Source: Acidobacteriota bacterium (GTDB taxonomy: Bacteria; Acidobacteriota; Thermoanaerobaculia; Thermoanaerobaculales; Thermoanaerobaculaceae). From it: a stretch of 48,393 nt of DNA. The DNA lies in the NCBI GenBank assembly GCA_039961755.1, contig JABRVY010000224.1, positions 1 to 48,393 of the forward strand. The letters are read 5' to 3'. Under the pieces are notes generated by a model, which saw nothing but the letters and a program-made list of their open reading frames with translations, was not told where the DNA came from and did not search any database. The position numbers and the translations under genes are program-made. Below, piece by piece: positions 1-8,462 of this stretch (the stretch's first letter is position 1; each line of letters begins with the position of its first letter).

Positions 1-366
1 CCCCCGAATCACCACCTTGACCCCGGCCTCCCCAGCCCGACGCAGCACCTCGCAGCACTCCTCCGCCGTGGCCGGGGTCACCACCCCGTCGGGTAGCTGC
101 AAGCCTCGCCCACTGCGCAGCGCCACCAGGTCGGGAAACGACTGCCCGGCGGCGTGTCGCAACCGCACCGCGTCGCCGGTCTCCACCGCAACGCCCAACT
201 CGGGAAGGGGCCGCGGCGGCGGCAGCTCCAGCTCTCTCTCTTCCCTCACCGCCAGGGGTGTTCCGGTCCCGACCCGCTCGGCCAGCCACTGGCCCGCGAG
301 GGGCGGTAGGGCTGCAAACTCCCCCTCCCAGCCCCAGCCATTCCAACGCCTGATTCGCGAAGTCAT
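1..366 (-). CDS. FAD-linked oxidase, N-terminal part (alkylglycerone-phosphate synthase-like); the 3' end lies outside the window
   Basis: Absent from the ORF track because it runs off the left edge. Manual reverse-complement translation from ATG 366..364 gives MTSRIRRWNGWGWEGEFAALPPLAGQWLAERVG...LRHAAGQSFPDLVALRSGRGLQLPDGVVTPATAEECCEVLRRAGEAGVKVVIRG, open to base 1. The RWNGWG start and the PDGVV-P-x3-EE...VVIRG(GG) segment are N-terminal hallmarks of FAD_binding_4 / AGPS-like flavoproteins. An in-frame TAG lies 4 codons (10-12 nt) upstream of the ATG, with no start codon between, so this ATG is the first possible start. Third-position GC is about 83 percent by hand count. Confidence 0.6.
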   Translation of the reverse strand, partial: MTSRIRRWNGWGWEGEFAALPPLAGQWLAERVGTGTPLAVREERELELPPPRPLPELGVAVETGDAVRLRHAAGQSFPDLVALRSGRGLQLPDGVVTPATAEECCEVLRRAGEAGVKVVIRG

Positions 367-780
367 CGTTGCATTCTACCGCCTGATTGCGAGAGGCGGC
401 TTTCCTCCACGGGTCGCCCGTGACCCCCTCGCCATCGCCCGAGGAGTGGTGTTGTCCCGCTGTCCTCGAGGCTTCGCCACCGGTCACGGACAGGGAGCTG
501 TCCGCGTCGTCGTGAAGTGCGCCTGGATTCGATTTTCGGAACCCCGGGGCGGCCTCGACCGATGCCAGGTCTCCATCGAGGCAAATGCCCTCCGGAAAAC
601 CGCCACATCTGGTCGGGGAATTTGCGGTCCAGAAACCCCGTCGATCCTGGAGGCGTCGTTGGGATTCATCGCCGCGGGTGGGATGCACCGAGGGGGACTG
701 AAAAGCGACCCTCGAGGCGTCGTTCGCGACGGCCACCGCCATCCCCAGGAAAGGGGAGAAGGCTGCACCGGGTACCCGCT

Positions 781-1170
781 CTACCGCCCGCGGGCACGCT
801 CCAGTCGGCGGCGATCCCGTTTTTCTGGGCGACCGCAGCCCGGCGGCGGGGCCGGGGGTGGCGCCAGTCGATCGAGCAGGCGCCGCTGGCGCTCGCCCTC
901 GGTTTCCGGCGGCGTGACGTCCTCGTACAGCTCCCTCGCCTGCGCCTTGGCGATGTGAGTGGAGGCGAGCCCGCGCACCACCAGCTGGCGCTGCCGGCCC
1001 CCCGGCCAGCTCACCACCAGCCGATCTCCCGGCCGCACCAAACGGTGGGGCGTGGCGCGCTGGCCGTTGACCTCCACCCTCCCGGCCAGGCACAGCTCCT
1101 TGGCCTGGGAGCGCGTGCGCGCCAGGCACGCCACGTCGAGCCACACATCCAGCCGAACGCCTTCGCCCAC
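781..1170 (-). CDS. S4-domain RNA-binding protein (Hsp15/HslR-like)
   Basis: ORF 781..1170 with a GTG start at 1170. VRLDVWLDVACLARTRSQAKELCLAGRVEVNGQRATPHRLVRPGD matches the S4 fold of Hsp15-type proteins. The C-terminal tail is rich in Arg and Pro. Confidence 0.72.
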   Translation of the reverse strand: MGEGVRLDVWLDVACLARTRSQAKELCLAGRVEVNGQRATPHRLVRPGDRLVVSWPGGRQRQLVVRGLASTHIAKAQARELYEDVTPPETEGERQRRLLDRLAPPPAPPPGCGRPEKRDRRRLERARGR

Positions 1171-1260
1171 GCAACCAGTCTACCTGGAGAGCCCTCGCCG
1201 CCCCAGGGCAGGGCCACCACCAGCGCTTGACGGACCTGCTATCCATGCCGCGAGGGGCGT

Positions 1261-2013
1261 ATGATGACAGACTCCATGGGGATCGGGCTTGCCGTGCTGG
1301 CGGCGGTGGTGGCCGCAACCGTGCTGGGGGGGGCACTGCCGCTGCGCTTCGAGCGCCACTCGCGCCTGTTCCTTTCGTTTTCGGCCGGCACCCTGGTGGC
1401 GCTGGCGCTGCTGGAACTCATCCCCCACGGCCTGCACGGCGCCGAAGATCCCCACCCGCGCCTGCTGTGGGTGCTGGCTTCCTTCGTCGTCACCATGCTG
1501 GCCGACAAGCTGCACGTCCTGCATCCCCACGAGCACGGGATGGACGCCTCCTGCCCGGCGGAGGAGCACGTCCACTCCCCGTTGGCCATGCACGGCGCCA
1601 TCGGCCTGCTGATCCACTCGACGGTGGACGGCTTCGCCCTGGCGGCGGCGCAGCGGGAGTCGCTGGCGGCGGCGCTGGCTGTGGGGCTGGCGCTGGCGGC
1701 CCACAAGCTCGCCGATGGGTTGACCACGGTATCGCTCGTCCTCTCCCACCACCACCGGCGCCGCCAGGCGGTGGTCATGCTGGCCGGCAACGCGGCGCTG
1801 CTGGTGGTCGGGTTCGCCCTGGGCATGGCGCTGCCGCTGGAGGCGCACCACCTGGGCACGCTGCTCCTGATCATGGCGGGTTTCTTTCTGTACCTGGGGG
1901 CCAGCGACCTTTTACCGGCCGTCACCCACCCCCGCTGCCGCAAGCGCGACGTGCTGGCCACCGCCCTGGGTATGGCGGCGGTGGCGGCGGTGTCCCTGCT
2001 GGCCCACCACTGA
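1261..2013 (+). CDS. ZIP-family divalent metal transporter
   Basis: ORF 1261..2013 with an ATG start. It is a multi-TM protein with a His-rich loop (HVLHPHEHGMDASCPAEEHVHSPLAMH) and the helix HSTVDGFALAAA, both typical of ZIP permeases. Confidence 0.82.
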   Translation: MMTDSMGIGLAVLAAVVAATVLGGALPLRFERHSRLFLSFSAGTLVALALLELIPHGLHGAEDPHPRLLWVLASFVVTMLADKLHVLHPHEHGMDASCPAEEHVHSPLAMHGAIGLLIHSTVDGFALAAAQRESLAAALAVGLALAAHKLADGLTTVSLVLSHHHRRRQAVVMLAGNAALLVVGFALGMALPLEAHHLGTLLLIMAGFFLYLGASDLLPAVTHPRCRKRDVLATALGMAAVAAVSLLAHH

Positions 2014-2069
2014 CCGCCACCGCGGCGTGAACGGCCCTCGCGCCGGAACCAGGTATCTACCCCCGCCGC

Positions 2070-4073
2070 TCACATCTTGTAGATCTGCTGGGCGCGCAGT
2101 TGCTTCAACCGGTCACGCAGTTGCGCCGCCTCCTCGAACTCCAGCCGCCGCGCCGCCTCCTTCATGCGTCGTTCCAGTTCGGCGATGAGCTTGGCGAGGG
2201 AAGCAGCGTCGGTGACCTCGCCCTCGGCCAGGCGCGGCGCCTCGACGTTGACCTCGTAGTAATCGAGATTGGAGAGTTGCACGAGCGGGCTCGAGATGTC
2301 CTTGACGATGGAGCGCGGTTCGATGCCGTGCTCCCGGTTGAAGCGCTCCTGCACCGCTCGCCGTCGCCGCGTCTCGTCGATGGCGCGCTGCATGGAGTCG
2401 GTGATGTGGTCGGCGTACAGGATGGCCGTGCCGTTGATGTGGCGAGCGGCGCGGCCCATGGTCTGGATCAGAGAGGTGGTGGATCTGAGGTAGCCCTCCT
2501 TGTCGGCGTCCAGGATCGCCACCAGTGACACCTCGGGCAGATCGAGCCCCTCCCGCAGCAAGTTGATGCCCACCAGGACGTCGAAGATGCCCCGGCGCAA
2601 ATCGGTGAGGATGACGGTGCGCTCCAGCGTGTCGATCTCCGAGTGCAGATAGCGCACCCGCACCCCCAGTTCAGCCAGGTAGGAGGTGAGGTCCTCGGCC
2701 ATGCGTTTGGTCAGGGTGGTGACCAGGACCCGCTCTCCCCGACCCACCCGCTCGCGGATGCGCGCCAGGAGATCGTCCACCTGCCCCTCCGCCGGGCGCA
2801 CCTCCACCACCGGGTCGAGCAGCCCGGTGGGTCGCACCAGTTGCTCCACCACGTCCTCGCCCGACTTCTGGATCTCGTAGGCGGCCGGGGTGGCCGACAC
2901 GTAGAGCACCTGGTGGATGCGCGCCTCGAACTCCTCGAAGGTGAGGGGGCGGTTGTCGAGGGCCGAGGGGAGGCGGAAGCCGAACTCCACCAACGTCTCC
3001 TTGCGGGAGCGGTCGCCGAAGTACATCCCCCGCACCTGGGGCACGGTGACGTGGGACTCGTCCACCACCAGCAGCCAGTCGTCCGGGAAGTAATCCAGCA
3101 GGGTGGGCGGTGGCTCGCCCGGGCGGCGCCGGGTGAGGTGGCGGGAGTAGTTCTCGATCCCCGGGCAGTAGCCCAGCTCCCGCAGCATGTCCAGGTCGAA
3201 CAGGGTGCGCTGGGAAAGGCGCTGGGCCTCCAGGAGCTTGCCCGCTGCCTCAAGCTGTGCCACCCGCTCGTCCAGCTCGGCGCGGATGTCGGCCACCGCC
3301 TCCTCGAGCACGGGGCGCGACACCACGTAGTGGGAGGAGGGGTAGATGGGCACGCGGTCCTCTACCTTCTCCAGGACGACGCCCCGCAGCGGATCGATGC
3401 GACTGATCCGCTCCACCGCTCTCCCCCAGAACTCCACTCGCACTGCATGATCGTCGTAGGGTGGATAGATCTCCAGCACATCGCCCCGCACCCGAAACGC
3501 CCCCGGCACCAGGTCCAGCTGGGTGCGCTCGTACTGCATGGCCACCAGCTGGCGCAGCACGGCGTCCATCCCCGGCTCGCTGCCGGGCTCCAGCAGCAGC
3601 AGCATGCCGTAGTACGCCGCCGGGTCGCCGAGGCCATAGATGCACGAAACCGACGCGATGATCACGATGTCCCGCCGCTCGAACAGGGAGCGGGTGGCGG
3701 ACAGGCGCAGGCGGTCGATCTCCTCGTTGATGGAGGTTTCCTTCTCGATGTAGGTGTCCGAGGAGGGCACATAGGCCTCGGGTTGGTAATAGTCGTAGTA
3801 GGAAACGAAGTACTCCACCGCGTTGTCCGGAAAAAACGTCTTGAACTCCTGAAAAAGCTGGGCAGCCAGGGTCTTGTTGTGGGAGAGCACGAGAGTTGGA
3901 CGGTTGAGCTGGGCGATGGTGCGGGCAACGGTGAACGTCTTGCCCGAGCCGGTCACCCCCAGCAGCGTCTGCGCCGCCAGGCCGGCCTGGAACCCCGCCA
4001 CCAGGCGCTGCACGGCCGACTCCTGATCCCCCGCCGGGGGAAACGGCGCCGCCAGGCGAAACGGCTTGCTCAC
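2070..4073 (-). CDS. uvrB: Excinuclease ABC subunit B
   Basis: 667 aa with a GTG start at 4073. Walker [13 protein letters not shown] box (VVDESHVT), helicase motifs and a C-terminal UVR domain ([15 protein letters not shown]). Confidence 0.97.
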   Translation of the reverse strand: MSKPFRLAAPFPPAGDQESAVQRLVAGFQAGLAAQTLLGVTGSGKTFTVARTIAQLNRPTLVLSHNKTLAAQLFQEFKTFFPDNAVEYFVSYYDYYQPEAYVPSSDTYIEKETSINEEIDRLRLSATRSLFERRDIVIIASVSCIYGLGDPAAYYGMLLLLEPGSEPGMDAVLRQLVAMQYERTQLDLVPGAFRVRGDVLEIYPPYDDHAVRVEFWGRAVERISRIDPLRGVVLEKVEDRVPIYPSSHYVVSRPVLEEAVADIRAELDERVAQLEAAGKLLEAQRLSQRTLFDLDMLRELGYCPGIENYSRHLTRRRPGEPPPTLLDYFPDDWLLVVDESHVTVPQVRGMYFGDRSRKETLVEFGFRLPSALDNRPLTFEEFEARIHQVLYVSATPAAYEIQKSGEDVVEQLVRPTGLLDPVVEVRPAEGQVDDLLARIRERVGRGERVLVTTLTKRMAEDLTSYLAELGVRVRYLHSEIDTLERTVILTDLRRGIFDVLVGINLLREGLDLPEVSLVAILDADKEGYLRSTTSLIQTMGRAARHINGTAILYADHITDSMQRAIDETRRRRAVQERFNREHGIEPRSIVKDISSPLVQLSNLDYYEVNVEAPRLAEGEVTDAASLAKLIAELERRMKEAARRLEFEEAAQLRDRLKQLRAQQIYKM

Positions 4074-4222
4074 CCCTGTCCCACCCTCCGGCGGACAGCT
4101 TACCTCTTCTCTCTTTCCCCCCCGGCTCCCCGCGCTGCCCAGCCGGTGAGAGGCTACCGCGATGGGGGTGGGTGCGGCGAGGGTCTCGGCTGCTCACTCC
4201 CTGCTCGCCGCAAGGACGGCCA

Positions 4223-4249
4223 CCGGCAACGAACCGGCAACGAATTGCC
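4223..4249. repeat. Perfect 11-bp tandem direct repeat (CCGGCAACGAA x2) fused to the inverted repeat GGCAA-CGAA-TTGCC, in the uvrB / PBP1A divergent intergenic region
   Basis: Read directly: 4223..4233 and 4234..4244 are identical. GGCAA at 4236..4240 pairs with TTGCC at 4245..4249. The site also reads GAAC-N7-GAAT at 4231..4245. Confidence 0.6.
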
Positions 4250-4312
4250 AAGACGGCTATACCAGGTACCTGTAGTTGCGTGCCGGGGTTGCGCCGCGCT
4301 AGCGTAGCGCCC

Positions 4313-6721
4313 ATGCGGCGATACCTGGTGCGCTGGCTGACCGTTGGGACCCTCATCGGCGTGGCGTGTGGCGCGGGCGTCGGGCTGGCGCTGTCCCGCT
4401 TCATGAACATGCCGGCGGTGGAAGCCCTGACGACGTACCGGCCCGCCGCCGCCACCCAGGTGCGCGCCCGCGACGGCTCCCTGCTCGCCACCCTGGCGTT
4501 GCAACGTCGCTTCCCCTTGCCCCCCGATCAAATACCCGACGTTTTCCGCAAGGCGGTCGTGGCCTCCGAGGATGCCCGCTTCTTCGCCCACACCGGCCTG
4601 GATCCCAAGGGGATCCTGCGCGCCGTGGTGCGCAACGTCTTCTCCCGGCGCTTCAGCCAGGGGGCTTCGACGCTGACCCAGCAACTCGCCCGCACTCTGT
4701 TTCTCACCCCCGAGCGGACGCTGGAGCGCAAGATCAAGGAAGCGCTGCTGGCCATCGAGATCGAGCAGAAGTTTTCCAAGGACCAGATCCTGGCCATGTA
4801 CGCCAACCAGATGTACTTCGGGCACGGCCGCTACGGCGTGGAGGCGGCGAGCCGGTTCTTCTTCGGCAAGCCGGCAGCGGAACTCACCATCCCGGAGGCG
4901 GCGCTGCTGGCGGGGATCGTCCAGCTCAACGACCGCCAGTCCCCCATCCGTTTTCCCGAACGCGCCCTGGCGCGGCGCAACTACGCCTTGACCCGCATGC
5001 GCGACGAGCGTTTCATCACCGAGGAGGAGTACCGCACCGCGTTGGCCGCCCCCCTGGGCGCTGCCCCCCACTACGATCGCAACGCCGCCGCGGACTACTT
5101 CGTCGAGGTGGCCAGGCGCGCCGTGGAGGAGCAGTTCGGCACGCGCGCCATGCTGGAGGGCGGGCTGGTAGTGGAAACCACGGTGGATCCCGCCCTGCAG
5201 GAGCTGGCCGAGAGGTCCCTGCGGAACGGACTGGTGGCGTTGCAGCGGCGCCTGGGGTGGCCGGGGCCTCGCCGCAACCTGATGGCGGACGGCATCGAAG
5301 ACATCGACTCCTGGCGGGACACGTCGTGGGCTTTCCTGCGCTGGCACGAGGGGGAGCTGGCGTACGCCGTGGTCAGCGAGGTTTCCCCCCAGCACGCCGA
5401 GTTGCGCATCGCCGGGCGGCGGGCGACGCTGGCCCTCGCCGATGCCCGCTGGACCGGCAGGGATTCCCTCACCAGGCTGTGTCGCCGCGGCGACGTGCTG
5501 CTGGTGCGGCTGGGCAAAGTCCAGCCAGACGGCCCACTGCCGGTGACGCTGGAACCCGAGCCGCGGGTGGAGGGGGCGCTGCTGGCCATCGACAACCGCA
5601 CCGGAGCGGTGCTGGCCCACGTCGGCGGGTTCGATTTCGATCGCTCCCAGTTCGACCGGGTCACCCAGGCCAAGCGGCAGTGCGGTTCGGCGTTCAAGCC
5701 CTTCGTGTACGTGGCCGCCTTCGAGCGGGGTTTCACCCCCAACGAGCTGATCTTCGACGGCCCGGCGCTGTTCCCCGACGAGCGCGGCCTGCTCACCTAC
5801 GTTCCCCTGAACTATTACCGGCGTTACGAGGGGATGGTCACGTTGCGCTACGCCCTCGAGCACTCCCTCAACGCCTCGGCGGTGAAGCTCCAGCAGCTCA
5901 CCACGGGCGAGGCCATCATCGACGTGGCCCGGCGGTTGGGGATCACCGAGAAGCTCTCCCCCTACCCGACGATGGCCCTGGGATCGTTCGAGTTGACGCT
6001 TTCGGAGACCACGGGCGCCTACGCCGGCATTGCCAACGGCGGACAGCGGGTGAAACCCTTCTTCATCGCCCGCGTCCTGGACAGCGCCGGCCAGCCGATC
6101 TACTCCCACCGCCTGGAGCCGTTCCAGGCGATTCGCGAGGACGTCGCCTTCCTCGCCAACCACGTCCTGCGGGGGGTCGTGCTGCGGGGCACGGCGGCCA
6201 GGGCCGCGAACCTGCCTGGCTACCTGGCCGGCAAGACCGGCACCACCGATGACTATACCGATGCCTGGTTCATCGGTTTCTCGCCCCGCATCACCGTCGG
6301 CGTATGGGTGGGCCGGGACATGAAGGAGCGCATCGGCCGCAACATGACCGGCGCCGAAGCAGCGCTGCCCACCTGGATCGAGTTCATGAAGGCGTACCTG
6401 GAGTCCCAGCCCGAATTCATCCGTCAGGAGGAGCCGCCGATCCCACCGGGCGTCACTCTGCTGCCGGTGGATCGCCGCACCGGCCTGCGCGCCAACCCCG
6501 GGTGCGGTGAATACGTCATCCTGGAGGCGGTGCCGGTAGGCCGCGAGCCGGGACCCTGTTCCGAGGAGTGGCACCACGTCGCCGCCCTGCCCTGGCCCCA
6601 GCAGCTTCCCTACTACAGCTACCGGCCGGGGGAGCCGCAAACCACGCCCGAGGCCATGGCCGCGGCGCAGGCCAAGATCGCCGCCAAGGGGGGCGAGGTG
6701 GAGCGCTCCGGCCGCCGCTAG
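4313..6721 (+). CDS. Class A penicillin-binding protein (PBP1A-type transglycosylase/transpeptidase)
   Basis: Frame of ORF 4172..6721. The ATG at 4313 precedes the membrane anchor MRRYLVRWLTVGTLIGVACGAGV. GT51 motifs are EDARFFAH, GASTLTQQ and RKIKE. Transpeptidase motifs are SAFK (SxxK), SLN (SxN) and KTGT. Confidence 0.92.
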   Translation: MRRYLVRWLTVGTLIGVACGAGVGLALSRFMNMPAVEALTTYRPAAATQVRARDGSLLATLALQRRFPLPPDQIPDVFRKAVVASEDARFFAHTGLDPKGILRAVVRNVFSRRFSQGASTLTQQLARTLFLTPERTLERKIKEALLAIEIEQKFSKDQILAMYANQMYFGHGRYGVEAASRFFFGKPAAELTIPEAALLAGIVQLNDRQSPIRFPERALARRNYALTRMRDERFITEEEYRTALAAPLGAAPHYDRNAAADYFVEVARRAVEEQFGTRAMLEGGLVVETTVDPALQELAERSLRNGLVALQRRLGWPGPRRNLMADGIEDIDSWRDTSWAFLRWHEGELAYAVVSEVSPQHAELRIAGRRATLALADARWTGRDSLTRLCRRGDVLLVRLGKVQPDGPLPVTLEPEPRVEGALLAIDNRTGAVLAHVGGFDFDRSQFDRVTQAKRQCGSAFKPFVYVAAFERGFTPNELIFDGPALFPDERGLLTYVPLNYYRRYEGMVTLRYALEHSLNASAVKLQQLTTGEAIIDVARRLGITEKLSPYPTMALGSFELTLSETTGAYAGIANGGQRVKPFFIARVLDSAGQPIYSHRLEPFQAIREDVAFLANHVLRGVVLRGTAARAANLPGYLAGKTGTTDDYTDAWFIGFSPRITVGVWVGRDMKERIGRNMTGAEAALPTWIEFMKAYLESQPEFIRQEEPPIPPGVTLLPVDRRTGLRANPGCGEYVILEAVPVGREPGPCSEEWHHVAALPWPQQLPYYSYRPGEPQTTPEAMAAAQAKIAAKGGEVERSGRR

Positions 6722-7707
6722 TTGAGAAATCGCTCCACGAGCCTGAAGGTGACGGCGGAGACCAGGGCCGAGGCCGGCAGGGTCAGGACCCACGCCCAGA
6801 CGATGCGGGTGGCCACCCCCCAACGGACCGCCGACAGGCGCTGGGTCGACCCGACACCGGCAATGGCGCCGGCAATGGTGTGAGTGGTCGACACGGGAAT
6901 GCCCGCGAACGAGACGGCAAACAGCGACACCGCGCCGGCGGTCTCGGCACAGAAGCCGTGCATCGGGCGGAGCTTGGTGAGCTTGATTCCCATCGTCTTG
7001 ACCACTCGCCAGCCACCGGTGATGGTCCCCAGGGCAATCACCGCATGGCAGGTGAGAATCACCCACACCGGCACGTGAAACTCCTTCAGATAACCGGCCG
7101 AGAACAGCAGTGCGGCGATGATGCCCATGGTCTTCTGAGCGTCATTGAGCCCGTGCCCCAGCGAGTACGCGCCCGATGAAACCAGCTGGCCAACGCGGAA
7201 CACCCGATCCAGGCGGTGTACGTTGAAGCTCTGGAAGACCCAGTACACCGCCACCATGAGGATGAACCCCAGCACCATACCAATCAGGGGCGACAACACG
7301 ATGAAGGCGGCGACCCGCGCGATTCCGGAGACGACCAGCGCCTCCACCCCCGCCTTGGCGAGACCTGCCCCCGCCAATCCCCCGATGATCGAGTGCGAGA
7401 CCGAGATGGGAAGCCCCAGCTGGGTGCACGCGAACGTCCACAGGATCGCCCCGACCAGGGCGGCAAAGATCACCCAATGGTCGATAACGCCAACGTCCAC
7501 GATCCCCTTCCCGACTGTCTTGGCCACCTTGACTTCAAAGCCGAAGGCGGCCACGAAGTTGAAGAACGCCGCCCAGCACACCGCCAGCTTGGGGGGCAAC
7601 ACCCCCGTCGCCACCACGGTGGCGATGGAGTTGGCGGCATCGTTCATGCCGTTGAGGAAATCGAACACCAGTGCCAGCAGCACCAGCCCAACGATCAGGG
7701 TCAGCAC
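6718..7707 (-). CDS. Inorganic phosphate transporter, PiT family
   Basis: Frame of ORF 6718..7788. The GTG at 7707 is preceded by GGAGGGAGGG. The duplicated PiT signature is present (LNGMNDAANSIAT and GLNDAQKTMGII). Its stop overlaps the PBP1A stop in a palindromic CTAG at 6718..6721. Confidence 0.9.
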   Translation of the reverse strand: MLTLIVGLVLLALVFDFLNGMNDAANSIATVVATGVLPPKLAVCWAAFFNFVAAFGFEVKVAKTVGKGIVDVGVIDHWVIFAALVGAILWTFACTQLGLPISVSHSIIGGLAGAGLAKAGVEALVVSGIARVAAFIVLSPLIGMVLGFILMVAVYWVFQSFNVHRLDRVFRVGQLVSSGAYSLGHGLNDAQKTMGIIAALLFSAGYLKEFHVPVWVILTCHAVIALGTITGGWRVVKTMGIKLTKLRPMHGFCAETAGAVSLFAVSFAGIPVSTTHTIAGAIAGVGSTQRLSAVRWGVATRIVWAWVLTLPASALVSAVTFRLVERFLN

Positions 7708-7753
7708 GGGTCGCCCTCCCTCCTGCCCGGAGCAGGTTGGCTCTCGTCGAGGC

Positions 7754-8377
7754 TCATGAACTCTTGATGATGATGCTTTCGATGACATTGGCCACGTCCT
7801 CGCAGCGGTCCGTGGCCTCCTCGATGAGCTGGTAGAGCTCCTTGTACTTGATGATCGTCACCGCGTCGGTGCACTCGGCGAAGAGCTTCGCCAGAGCGGC
7901 CCGATGCAGGGCGTCGGCCTCGTTCTCCAGCCGATTGATCTCGACACACCGGGCGTGGGCGTCGGCGTGGTAGCGAGGATCGTGAAGTGCCAGCACTGCC
8001 TTCTGCACCTCCTTGGCCGAGGCCACCAGAATTTCGCCCAAGGGCAACAACATCTCGGGCATCTCGGTGATGCGGTACAACACCAGCCGCTGCCCGGCGG
8101 CATCCACCGCGTCGAGGATGTCGTCGAGGTGCGTGATGAGCGCATGGATGTCCTCGCGGTCAAAGGGCGTGATGAAGGACCGGTTGAGCTTGTCCAGAGT
8201 GTTGTGCGTGAGGCGGTCACCCGCGTGCTCGAAATCTTTCAGCTTGTTAACCTTGGCTGCCAGATCACGGGGATCGGCGACGATGTCTCGGAACAGCACG
8301 ACACCATCAACGATGTTGGCGGACGCACGGATGAAGAGATCGAGGAAGCCCCGATCATTGGGCAGGAACCAACGCAT
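7754..8377 (-). CDS. DUF47 / PhoU-like phosphate-transport accessory protein
   Basis: Frame of ORF 7754..8593. The internal ATG at 8377 is preceded by GGAGGAGAG. MRWFLPNDRGFLDLF...ITPFDREDIHALITHLDDILD matches the DUF47 (TIGR00153-like) family, which typically sits directly upstream of pit. Confidence 0.85.
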   Translation of the reverse strand: MRWFLPNDRGFLDLFIRASANIVDGVVLFRDIVADPRDLAAKVNKLKDFEHAGDRLTHNTLDKLNRSFITPFDREDIHALITHLDDILDAVDAAGQRLVLYRITEMPEMLLPLGEILVASAKEVQKAVLALHDPRYHADAHARCVEINRLENEADALHRAALAKLFAECTDAVTIIKYKELYQLIEEATDRCEDVANVIESIIIKSS

Positions 8378-8462
8378 CGCACTCTCCTCCGGGCCGGGCA
8401 GCCCAGCGGATGGTACCCCAGTCGGCTCCCGCCGGGAAAGGTCGAATCCCGGCCGCGGCCCG

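Noticed and set aside
522-532. CCTGGATTCGA, identical over 10 nt to the 5' region of E. coli tmRNA (CUGGAUUCGA)
   Set aside because: There is no GGGG acceptor 5' end, no T-arm/CCA-type 3' end, and no plausible tag reading frame ending in a stop nearby on either strand. It is most likely a chance match.
17-958. 313-aa plus-strand ORF spanning the left end of the window
   Set aside because: It overlaps the AGPS-like gene and the S4-domain gene in antisense. The middle part crosses the spacer, where third-position GC is not elevated. The translation is Arg/Ser/Gly-rich with no motifs.
2643-4307. 554-aa ORF on the plus strand
   Set aside because: It is antisense to uvrB, shows the same compositional signature and has no motifs.
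6718-6721. Convergent PBP1A and pit genes share a palindromic CTAG that serves as the stop codon on both strands
   Set aside because: The overlap is real, but it is a trivial consequence of tight packing. No functional implication can be supported.
4154-7066. 970-aa ORF on the minus strand
   Set aside because: It is antisense to the well-supported PBP1A gene and to the 3' end of pit. The translation is Arg/Gly/Pro/His-rich and low in complexity, with no recognisable domain. This is the typical open-frame artefact of GC-rich DNA.
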